Source: Candidatus Methylomirabilis oxygeniifera
Lineage (GTDB): Bacteria > Methylomirabilota > Methylomirabilia > Methylomirabilales > Methylomirabilaceae
Direction: 5' to 3'
DNA length: 32,000 nucleotides
Assembly: GCA_000091165.1 (NCBI GenBank)
Contig: FP565575.1
Span: 870,001-902,000, forward strand
Made by a program: the position numbers and the translations under genes. This document shows, in pieces, positions 8,197 to 15,952 of the stretch. Numbering within the stretch: position 1 is the stretch's first letter; each line of letters begins with the position of its first letter. The notes under the pieces are model-generated. The model made no database searches. It saw only the letters and a list, made by a program, of their open reading frames with translations, and was not told the DNA's origin.

Positions 8197-9450
8197 ATGG
8201 TGCTGGTGAAGGGACTCAAGTGCAGAGAGTGCGGTAGACCATATCCGGCTGATCCCCTGCATGTCTGTGAATATTGTTTCGGGCCTCTTGAGGTCGATTA
8301 TGATTACGACGCGATTCGAGGCAGATTGACGAGAAAGGCGATCGAGGCCGGACCGCCCAGCATCTGGCGATACAAGGCGCTGCTGCCGATCGAAGGGGAG
8401 CCCGTAGTCGGGAAACACTGCGGGATGACGCCCCTCGTGCGGGCCAATAACCTGGCGCGTGCGTTAGGTATGCGGGAGGTCTATGTCAAGAACGATACCG
8501 TCAGCCATCCTACGTTTTCATTTAAGGATCGGGTCGTGGCGGTGGCGGTGACGAAGGCCGTCGAGTTTGACTTTAAGGTGGTGGCCTGCGCGTCCACCGG
8601 CAATCTGGCAAATTCGGTGGCGGCCCATGCCGCCGAGGGAGGGCTTCCCAGCTTCGTATTTGTGCCGGCCGACCTGGAACAGGGCAAGGTGTTGGGCACC
8701 TTGATCTATAACCCGAAGCTGGTGGCTGTAGACGGTAACTACGATGAGGTGAATCGCCTGTGCAGCGAGATCGCCGATAAATATGGGTGGGCATTTGTGA
8801 ATATCAACATCCGACCCTACTACGCTGAGGGTTCGAAGACCTTCGGGTACGAGATTGCAGAGCAACTTGGCTGGCGCGTACCCCACCATATCGTTGTGCC
8901 GGCCGCGGGGGGTTCGCTGGTCACGAAGATCTTGAAGGGGCTGAAGGAGTTCGATCGGCTCGGTCTCCTGGATGGAGGCTGCCACACGCGGATGCATGTG
9001 GCTCAAGCCGAAGGATGCGGTCCGATTGTCACCGCTATCAAGGAGAACAGCGAGATCATCAGACCGGTGAAGCCGAAGACCATCGCCAAGTCGCTTGCCA
9101 TCGGGAACCCGGCGGACGGCTACTACGCCTACAAGGCGGTCAAAGGGAGCGGTGGTCATGGGGAGCACGCGACGGATGAGGAGATTGTAGACGCGATGAA
9201 GCTGTTGGCGCGCACCGAAGGGATCTTCGCGGAGACGGCAGGCGGGGTGACGGTAGCGGCGGCCAAGCGACTGATCGAGCAGGGCCGCATCCCTCGAGAT
9301 GAAAGTCTGGTGCTCTGCATTACCGGGAACGGGTTGAAGACTCAGGAGGCGGTCGCCGCATCATTGAAGGTTCGGTTCCACATCAAGCCGACCCTTCGAT
9401 CGTTCGACGAGGCGATGGCGTCTCACGACATTGACGTGACGTCAAGGTGA
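8197..9450 (+). CDS. thrC: Threonine synthase-like PLP-dependent enzyme with N-terminal zinc ribbon
   Basis: LKCRECGRPYPADPLHVCEYCFGPLEVDYD; PLP-lysine region NDTVSHPTFSFKDR; ACASTGNLANSVAAHAA; VVPAAGGSLVTKI. Start 8197, one nt after the stop of the upstream gene. Confidence 0.88.
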   Translation: MVLVKGLKCRECGRPYPADPLHVCEYCFGPLEVDYDYDAIRGRLTRKAIEAGPPSIWRYKALLPIEGEPVVGKHCGMTPLVRANNLARALGMREVYVKNDTVSHPTFSFKDRVVAVAVTKAVEFDFKVVACASTGNLANSVAAHAAEGGLPSFVFVPADLEQGKVLGTLIYNPKLVAVDGNYDEVNRLCSEIADKYGWAFVNINIRPYYAEGSKTFGYEIAEQLGWRVPHHIVVPAAGGSLVTKILKGLKEFDRLGLLDGGCHTRMHVAQAEGCGPIVTAIKENSEIIRPVKPKTIAKSLAIGNPADGYYAYKAVKGSGGHGEHATDEEIVDAMKLLARTEGIFAETAGGVTVAAAKRLIEQGRIPRDESLVLCITGNGLKTQEAVAASLKVRFHIKPTLRSFDEAMASHDIDVTSR

Positions 9451-9531
9451 GCGCTCAGCCGTCGGCCTGAGAATACTGAATGGTTGGTTCAATCACACGA
9501 AGGCAAGACATCATTAAAAGGAGAGAAATCG

Positions 9532-9810
9532 ATGAGTGTGAAAGTGCGCATCCCAACCCCTTTACGTGGTCTGACCAGCGGGCAGGGAGAGGTGGAGGGG
9601 CAGGGCAACTCTATTAATGAGCTGATCGAGAATCTGGAACAGTCGTATGCCGGCTTGCGGGAACGAATCTATGATGAGGCTGGTAGCGTCCGCCGTTTCA
9701 TCAATATCTATGTGAATGAGGAGGATATCCGATTTCTGCAGGGCATCTCAACGCCGCTCAAGCCCGGCGATCTCGTCTCCATCGTCCCGGCCATCGCCGG
9801 CGGTTGCTGA
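9532..9810 (+). CDS. MoaD/ThiS-like sulfur-carrier protein with C-terminal GGC
   Basis: 92 aa: MSVKVRIPTPLRGLTSGQGEVEG...FINIYVNEEDIRFLQGISTPLKPGDLVSIVPAIAGGC*. RBS ggagag. Confidence 0.9.
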   Translation: MSVKVRIPTPLRGLTSGQGEVEGQGNSINELIENLEQSYAGLRERIYDEAGSVRRFINIYVNEEDIRFLQGISTPLKPGDLVSIVPAIAGGC

Positions 9811-9841
9811 CCGCTGACGGTGCCGGTCTCCAGAGGAATCT

Positions 9842-10405
9842 TTACTTCGAGGTCCGATCGAATCGCTTGATAATCTCGGTACTGAGGTCGAGGGTTTTGT
9901 CAAAGTATAAGAGGCCAGGACGCTGCGCCTCCAGGACGATAAAATAACCTTTTTCGACGGCGTAGGCTTTCAGAATGCCTTCGAACCGGCCGGCAAGCTT
10001 CTGGATGCTCTCTGTCTCAGCATTTTTCAGCTCCTCTGTTTTATCGTTGAGGAGGCCTTGAAAGGTTGTTGCATCGCGTTCCAGTGTGGCGGTACGGTCC
10101 TCCCGTTCTGCAACAGAAAGCCGAGACATTGCCGCGTCAAGTTCCTTCTGGCGTGTGAGCAGCTTGTCCTCCTGGGTCTTCATCTCCTTTTTCAGCTTCT
10201 CGGCCAGTTTTTCCAACCGCGCCTTGGCGGCTTTGCCGGCCTTAGAGGCAAGGACGACCTGTCGAAAGTCTACGACGCCAATCTTTAACGATTCCGTGGC
10301 GAATGCCACCGGCGGCGCGGCGATGGTAAGGCCTGCGCTCAAGCAGGCGATGGTACACCCGGCGAAGAAACTCGCAACACCTGACCTCATTTTCATTGTC
10401 GGCAA
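9842..10405 (-). CDS. OmpH/Skp-like periplasmic coiled-coil protein
   Basis: Signal peptide, then KIGVVDFRQVVLASKAGKAAKARLEKLAEKLKKEM and coiled coil. Confidence 0.75.
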   Translation of the reverse strand: MPTMKMRSGVASFFAGCTIACLSAGLTIAAPPVAFATESLKIGVVDFRQVVLASKAGKAAKARLEKLAEKLKKEMKTQEDKLLTRQKELDAAMSRLSVAEREDRTATLERDATTFQGLLNDKTEELKNAETESIQKLAGRFEGILKAYAVEKGYFIVLEAQRPGLLYFDKTLDLSTEIIKRFDRTSK

Positions 10406-10420
10406 AGAGTCCCGATTCTG

Positions 10421-10870
10421 TTAGAGGGCTAAACGATCAGGTAGAGGCGGCGGCACCGGAGCCGACTGCGGCCTGGGAGTATCCGGAAGCCGACGGTCGG
10501 TTTGCTCGAAGATAATAGGCGGCCACCAGGTTGACCAAGTCCAGACACCCGATAAATCACTTCTCGTCAGGACTTCTACCTGCGATTGTTCGCCTCCGAT
10601 GTCCAGAACGGCGATATAGACGATTTCCCCAAGGCTCTGTTCGCGATATGCGGTGGAGAAGTACGCGAGGCGCGGATTTGAATGGCTCGGAACCAGATCG
10701 GTCGGAAAAAAGTTGAGGTCTCGAAGCGCCTGGTTTACGGCGATGACGGTTTCCTTGGCAGGATGCGGGTAGGATTTGACTGCGCGGCTTCCGCCGGGAA
10801 AGGTTGCGCAGCCTGCTATCGCCAGGAAGAGCAACACTCCTACAAATTGTCGACAGCCTGGACAGCGCAT
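10421..10870 (-). CDS. Hypothetical lipoprotein (signal peptidase II motif)
   Basis: MRCPGCRQFVGVLLFLAIAGCATF lipobox LAIAGC; same strand and tightly spaced with neighbours. Confidence 0.6.
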   Translation of the reverse strand: MRCPGCRQFVGVLLFLAIAGCATFPGGSRAVKSYPHPAKETVIAVNQALRDLNFFPTDLVPSHSNPRLAYFSTAYREQSLGEIVYIAVLDIGGEQSQVEVLTRSDLSGVWTWSTWWPPIIFEQTDRRLPDTPRPQSAPVPPPLPDRLAL

Positions 10871-10879
10871 GCTCCTCTT

Positions 10880-11002
10880 TTATCCTCCCCCTTCCCCATA
10901 GGCGTCGTCGCGTTTGGCCAACCACCAGACCAGCAGGACCGTCAACGCCATCAAGAGCGGCGTAATGCCGTAGGCGAGGGCGATAATCATGATCTGTCGC
11001 AT
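10880..11002 (-). CDS. Small single-TM protein (40 aa)
   Basis: Hand-read ORF MRQIMIIALAYGITPLLMALTVLLVWWLAKRDDAYGEGGG* below the ORF-track length cutoff, in line with neighbouring minus-strand genes. Confidence 0.5.
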   Translation of the reverse strand: MRQIMIIALAYGITPLLMALTVLLVWWLAKRDDAYGEGGG

Positions 11003-11033
11003 GTGTGTCTTTCCAGCAAGGGCGAACTGCCGA

Positions 11034-12026
11034 CTACACGGCGCCCGCTAACTGGTTCGCATGTGACGCCGATTCGGTCCCCAAGCTCGGTCGCTCTCGA
11101 ATGAGTTCCAGAGGCAGGCCGAAATTCACCTCCTCCTTGATCGATTCGATCTCCTCGATGTCGATGACGCCCAACGCCTTGAAATAGCCGACGACTCCCT
11201 GGACCAGGTGCTCGGGGGCTGAGGCACCCGCTGTGACCCCAATGACCCGTGTGCCCTCAAGCCATGCCGGGTTAATCTCGCTGACATCGTCAATGAGATA
11301 GGCCCGAACCCCTACCCCTTTGGCGACCTCGATCAACCGTTTGGAATTTGAGCTGTTCTGTGAGCCGAGAGCCAGGATCAGATCAACACGCGAGGCCAGC
11401 TCCTTCAGCGCGGTCTGACGGTTCTGAGTGGCGTAACAGATGTCTTCCTTGGATGGAAAAGCGAGCGCCGGAAACTTCCGCCTGAGAGCGTCGATGATCC
11501 CCGTCGTATCATCCAGACTGAGCGTGGTTTGCGTGATGACCGCCACCTTGGTGGGATCAGGGACGTTCAACTCCTCCAACTGTTCCGCTGATCCGATGAC
11601 AGTAATGGCGTCAGGCGCTTCTCCCGTTGTTCCGATCACCTCATCGTGTCCTTTGTGGCCGACCAGGATGATCGAGTGGCCTTCCCGGGCAAACTTGATC
11701 GCCTCGTTATGGACTTTCGTCACCAGGGGGCAGGTGGCATCGATGACCTTGAGCCGTTTGGAGGCGGCCTGTGCTCGTACCTCCGGAGAGACTCCGTGAG
11801 CGCTGTAAATAACGAGTGCGCCATCGGGCACCTCGTCCAGGTCATCGACGAAAATTGCGCCCTTCTTCCGGAGCTCATCCACCACGTGGCGGTTATGCAC
11901 GATCTCCTTCCGAACATACACCGGCTCGTCGTACAGATCCAGAGCGATCTTGACCACATCGATGGCGCGGTCCACTCCGGCACAGAATCCTCTCGGCGTC
12001 GCTAGAATCAGTTTTTCGACGGTCAC
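11034..12026 (-). CDS. ispH: 4-hydroxy-3-methylbut-2-enyl diphosphate reductase (start likely GTG at 12026)
   Basis: LATPRGFCAGVDRAIDVV, YSAHGVSP, IDATCPLVTKVH, ITQTTLS, ICYATQNRQ, ALGSQNSSNSKRL. Confidence 0.95.
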   Translation of the reverse strand: MTVEKLILATPRGFCAGVDRAIDVVKIALDLYDEPVYVRKEIVHNRHVVDELRKKGAIFVDDLDEVPDGALVIYSAHGVSPEVRAQAASKRLKVIDATCPLVTKVHNEAIKFAREGHSIILVGHKGHDEVIGTTGEAPDAITVIGSAEQLEELNVPDPTKVAVITQTTLSLDDTTGIIDALRRKFPALAFPSKEDICYATQNRQTALKELASRVDLILALGSQNSSNSKRLIEVAKGVGVRAYLIDDVSEINPAWLEGTRVIGVTAGASAPEHLVQGVVGYFKALGVIDIEEIESIKEEVNFGLPLELIRERPSLGTESASHANQLAGAV

Positions 12027-12221
12027 CAGTATGCCTCGCGAGTTATGGCTCCGTTCAGACCCAGTTGGCGTAGAGCACGGACACATTAAATATCATAGCA
12101 AGAGAGCATGGTACTGTCAAAAACCTCCAGAGATCGATCTCCTGATACATGCTCTCCATCAGAATTGCGATCGTCTCGCCGTTGAGCCTCCTTGAATCCT
12201 CCTTAGGCAACGCGTAGAGCG

Positions 12222-12635
12222 TTAGACGGCGCCGAGAACCTTTGTCGCGCGTCTGAGGTCCGGTGCTTTAACCCAGAGGACGGCGCCGTATCGATTCCCG
12301 CCGGCACAGACGGCCGTCACGGAGGTCACGTTGATCTTTGCATCTGCCAGCTTCGTCAGCAGGTCGGCGACGGCGCCGATACGGTCCTCGCCCTGGATCA
12401 GAAAGCCGCTCTTCTTCTTGCTGAGCGTACATCCGGCTTTCTTGGCGCATTTTACAAAGGCCGCGGAATCGGCCGGAATGAAATCCAATTGGGCTCGTCG
12501 ACCCTTGGGAAACCCTGAGAAGGCCAGCAGCTTGAGTCCGGATTCCTTGATCGCGTTGAGGGCGCGCGCCGCCTCTCCCGGCTTGTTGGGTGTCTCAATG
12601 TAAAAGTAATCCACGCGAGTGATCGTCTCAGCCAT
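12222..12635 (-). CDS. ACT-domain protein
   Basis: VDYFYIETPNKPGEAARALNAIKESGLKLLAFSGFP and second DRIGAVADLLTKLADAKINVTSVTAV segment. Confidence 0.75.
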   Translation of the reverse strand: MAETITRVDYFYIETPNKPGEAARALNAIKESGLKLLAFSGFPKGRRAQLDFIPADSAAFVKCAKKAGCTLSKKKSGFLIQGEDRIGAVADLLTKLADAKINVTSVTAVCAGGNRYGAVLWVKAPDLRRATKVLGAV

Positions 12636-12842
12636 GGTCGCCTCCTTGCGGTGTGTATTGCGTTAAACATCATCAGCTTACTGCCCAAACCACCAGCCAC
12701 TAACCTGCCGAAAAGTTTATGCGGCAAAGACCTTTAATCGGTTGCCACAATATTGTAAAATTCACTCTCTGTCAACTGCCACGGCAATGGAAGAGACGCG
12801 CGCGGCAGAAGTTGCTTCTGACCTCCTGGAGCCAAACCTGCC

Positions 12843-13628
12843 ATGATCTCGAAGCGGGTCGATCTGAATAGCGATGTTGGAGAGAGCTTTGGCGTCTGGA
12901 CGAGAGGGAACGATGAGGCGCTGATGCCCTCTCTTACCTCGGCGAGTATTGCCTGCGGATGGCACGGCGGGGATCCACAGGTGATGCGACGGACCGTCAG
13001 GCTTGCGAAGGCGCACGGCGTCAAGGTTGGAGCGCATCCGGGCTTCCCTGATCTGTTGGGCTTCGGTCGGCGACCGATGCAGCTCTCACCCGGGGAGGCG
13101 AAAGACTATCTTCTATACCAGATCGGGGCGCTCTGGGCCTTTATACAGGCTGAGGGGATGCGACTTCAACATGTCAAGCCTCATGGGGCGCTCTATCATA
13201 TGGCTGCCGGCGATCGGTTGCTATCCGAAGCCATTGCGGAAGCGATCGCCGAAGTCGACCGCACCCTAATCTTAGTTGGGCCGCCAGGATCTGCGCTTCT
13301 GTCGGCCGGGCAGGGGGCGGGACTGCGAACGGCGCAGGAAGGATTCGGCGATCGCGCCTACAATGAAGACGGAAGCCTGGTGCCCCGATCGGTGCGTGGC
13401 GCACTCCTGACCGATCCTGATACAGTGGCTGATCGGGTCCTGTTGATGCTTGAAGGGAAGGTACGGGCTATCACGGGTCGGATGATTCCCATTACAGTAG
13501 ATACTGTCTGCCTGCATGGCGATACCCCTGGCATGCCGGCTATTGCAACGCGGCTTCGCGAGCGACTGGCGCTGGCGGGCGTCGAGGTCGTACCATTGGA
13601 GGAACTCCTTGTCGGTCAGGTTTCGTGA
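12843..13628 (+). CDS. pxpA: LamB/YcsF family, 5-oxoprolinase subunit PxpA
   Basis: VDLNSDVGESFGVW, IACGWHGGDPQVM, KAHGVKVGAHPGFPDLLGFGRR, VKPHGALYHMA. Confidence 0.93.
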   Translation: MISKRVDLNSDVGESFGVWTRGNDEALMPSLTSASIACGWHGGDPQVMRRTVRLAKAHGVKVGAHPGFPDLLGFGRRPMQLSPGEAKDYLLYQIGALWAFIQAEGMRLQHVKPHGALYHMAAGDRLLSEAIAEAIAEVDRTLILVGPPGSALLSAGQGAGLRTAQEGFGDRAYNEDGSLVPRSVRGALLTDPDTVADRVLLMLEGKVRAITGRMIPITVDTVCLHGDTPGMPAIATRLRERLALAGVEVVPLEELLVGQVS

Positions 13629-14295
13629 CGGCGGAGAGAGCTGCCTGGTGGCGGAGCTGGGCGACGCCATTGATATTGCGTTGAACCGTCAAGTCCGGGC
13701 GCTGGACCAGGCGTTAGAGCAGGCACGGGTGGAAGGGGTGCTGGAAGCTGTACCCACCTATCGATCGCTCGCCATCTACTACGATCCGCTCGTTGTCGGC
13801 CGTGATATCTTACGGCAGCAGGTCAGCGCGCTATACGATTCATTAGGTGGCCAAGGCGACCGGACAGTCAAGGAGGTAGAGGTCCCGACTGTTTACGGTG
13901 GCGAATATGGTCCAGACCTCGAGTTCGTTGCCCGCCACAGCGGTCTGTCGCCGAATGAGGTGATTCGTCTCCATTCGGAGCCGGTTTATCATGTCTACAT
14001 GGTCGGTTTTATGGTCGGCTTTCCCTACCTTGGTGATCTTGTGGAACGGCTTGCCGTTCCACGGCTTTCGACGCCCCGCCTGAAGGTGCCGGCCGGCTCC
14101 GTAGGGATCGGTGGGAGGCAGACCGGCATTTATCCTGTTGAGAGTCCGGGGGGCTGGCGGATCATAGGGCGCACATCCCTTCGCCTCTTCGATCCTTCTT
14201 CTGAGACGCCGACCGCGATCCTTCCGGGCGACACGGTTCGATTTGTGCCAATCGCGCCGCGCGACCAGACGGGAGCGCAGTGTGGACGCCTTTGA
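13609..14295 (+). CDS. pxpB: 5-oxoprolinase subunit PxpB (KipI family), probable TTG start
   Basis: LSVRFRDGGESCLVAELGDAIDIALNR...EVPTVYGGEYGPDLEFVARHSGLSPNEVIRLHSEPVYHVYMVGFMVGFPYLG; RBS ggagga upstream of TTG at 13609; the listed ORF start at 13516 lies well inside pxpA. Confidence 0.9.
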   Translation: MSVRFRDGGESCLVAELGDAIDIALNRQVRALDQALEQARVEGVLEAVPTYRSLAIYYDPLVVGRDILRQQVSALYDSLGGQGDRTVKEVEVPTVYGGEYGPDLEFVARHSGLSPNEVIRLHSEPVYHVYMVGFMVGFPYLGDLVERLAVPRLSTPRLKVPAGSVGIGGRQTGIYPVESPGGWRIIGRTSLRLFDPSSETPTAILPGDTVRFVPIAPRDQTGAQCGRL

Positions 14296-15370
14296 GGTCG
14301 TCAAGCCCGGGTTCCTGACTACTGTCCAGGACCTTGGGCGGATCGGATATCAGAAATTCGGCGTGCCGACTTCCGGCGCGATGGATCGGACCGCATTGCG
14401 GGCCGCCAACCTTCTGCTTGATAATAAGGAAGGATTTGCCGGCTTAGAGGCGACGGCGGAGGGGCCGACGCTCCGCGCGCTCATTGACCTGGTTGTGGCG
14501 ATCGTTGGCGCGGACATGCAGCCGCTGGTAGACGGAAGGTCGGTTGACAGTGAGACGGCCGTTGAGATCCGGAGCGGTCAGACTCTTGAGCTCCAGCGTG
14601 CCAGGCGAGGGATTCGCGCCTACCTGGCGGTTGCCGGCGGGATTGATGTGCCTGTTCTGCTCGGGAGCCGTTCTACGTGCCTCCCAGCCGCTTTCGGTGG
14701 TGTTTGCGGGCGGGCCCTGTGTGAGAACGATCGTCTACCGATCGGCCCGGTCGATCGACAGCCTACGGCACTTATCGGGCGTCGACTGCCATCGGGGTGG
14801 TTGAAGCCGATAGGTGAGGTACTGACGGTTCGCGTGGTCCTTGGGTTGCAGGAAGATCAGTTTACCCCTGAAGGGATTCGTACATTCTTGAGTGAGTCGT
14901 ACCGTGTCACTCCACAGATGGATCGGGTGGGTGTCAGACTTTATGGACCGTCGATCGCGCATCGATCAGGCGCGGATATCATCTCTGATTCGACCCCGCT
15001 GGGGGCGGTACAAGTGGCGGCTGACGGTCAACCAATGATCTTATTGGCCGACCGTCAGGCGACCGGCGGCTACACAAAGATCGCGGTTGTCATACAAGAA
15101 GACATCTGGCGATTGGGACAGGCTAGGCCCGAGCAGGTTGTCCGGTTTCGCCCGATCTCCGTATCCGAGGCCTGCGCCGCCCTGCGGACCTACGAGGAAA
15201 GATTTGACGTATTACGGCGAACATGGCAAAGTCCACCAAATGAGCGTGGTAGCTACAGGCTACGCCTTGGGGGCGGATCGTATCGAGTCGGTGTGGAAGA
15301 GGCGCGCGGGTCCTATCGGGTGAGTCTTGAAGGTATAGAGCGAGAATTGGATGATACTGAAGAACCATAA
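14282..15370 (+). CDS. pxpC: 5-oxoprolinase subunit PxpC (KipA/biotin-dependent carboxyltransferase family), probable GTG start
   Basis: VDAFEVVKPGFLTTVQDLGRIGYQKFGVPTSGAMDRTALRAANLLL; overlaps the pxpB end. Confidence 0.9.
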   Translation: MDAFEVVKPGFLTTVQDLGRIGYQKFGVPTSGAMDRTALRAANLLLDNKEGFAGLEATAEGPTLRALIDLVVAIVGADMQPLVDGRSVDSETAVEIRSGQTLELQRARRGIRAYLAVAGGIDVPVLLGSRSTCLPAAFGGVCGRALCENDRLPIGPVDRQPTALIGRRLPSGWLKPIGEVLTVRVVLGLQEDQFTPEGIRTFLSESYRVTPQMDRVGVRLYGPSIAHRSGADIISDSTPLGAVQVAADGQPMILLADRQATGGYTKIAVVIQEDIWRLGQARPEQVVRFRPISVSEACAALRTYEERFDVLRRTWQSPPNERGSYRLRLGGGSYRVGVEEARGSYRVSLEGIERELDDTEEP

Positions 15371-15812
15371 CAGACCGATAGGGTGGGGCGCGAGGATACT
15401 GAGGGTGCTGGTGGGTATTGCGGCCATCGCGCTTTCGGCCTGCGCCGTATGGCGGATTGAATCCACTCCGGCCGGACCCGGTGTGCCGATCATCTCGAAT
15501 CTCCGGGTGGAACCGGCCAAGGCGAGAGTTGGGGAATCGGTACAAGTGACTTTTGACTTTGAGGACACCGATGCCGACCTTATCGAGGCCCGCATCTTTC
15601 CCTCGGAGTTTCGGGAATGGGTGTACAGGCCGGCTTTCGCGCCGAAGGTCCTGAACCTGAGAGCTGAGAAACATGGTCTAGCCATCGGACAGGTCGAAAC
15701 ACGTCTCAAGTGGGAGAGCGAGGGGATCAGAATCGTCGAGGTGTTCGTGGTGGATGAAAAGAACCATACGAGCAACGGATTGCGAGCGCGCGTCGCGATC
15801 ATCCGCCGGTGA
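15351..15812 (+). CDS. Hypothetical lipoprotein with Ig-like fold
   Basis: VLVGIAAIALSACAVW lipobox; ISNLRVEPAKARVGESVQVTFDFEDTDADL. Confidence 0.55.
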   Translation: MILKNHNRPIGWGARILRVLVGIAAIALSACAVWRIESTPAGPGVPIISNLRVEPAKARVGESVQVTFDFEDTDADLIEARIFPSEFREWVYRPAFAPKVLNLRAEKHGLAIGQVETRLKWESEGIRIVEVFVVDEKNHTSNGLRARVAIIRR

Positions 15813-15867
15813 AACTCTGATTAGTCAGAACCCGCAGGCCCAACCCTCCGTGTGTGGCTCGTACCCA

Positions 15868-15896
15868 TTGACATTCCCAGGTTCGTGATTTACTGT
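15868..15896 (+). promoter_or_regulatory. Possible sigma70 promoter for galT-like gene
   Basis: TTGACA, 17-nt spacer, weak -10 TACTGT, upstream of the RBS ggataaaggagg. Confidence 0.3.
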
Positions 15897-15952
15897 TATG
15901 GGGTTTTGACGCGAGGGCTCTCGGGATAGGGATAAAGGAGGAAAACAACCCG

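Noticed and set aside
7877-8209. 110-aa ORF overlapping the riboswitch terminator and NIL copy 2
   Set aside because: Wrong frame; the region is explained by the terminator and the NIL gene at 7959.
8518-9168. 216-aa minus-strand ORF opposite the ThrC-like gene
   Set aside because: Antisense shadow of a conserved PLP enzyme.
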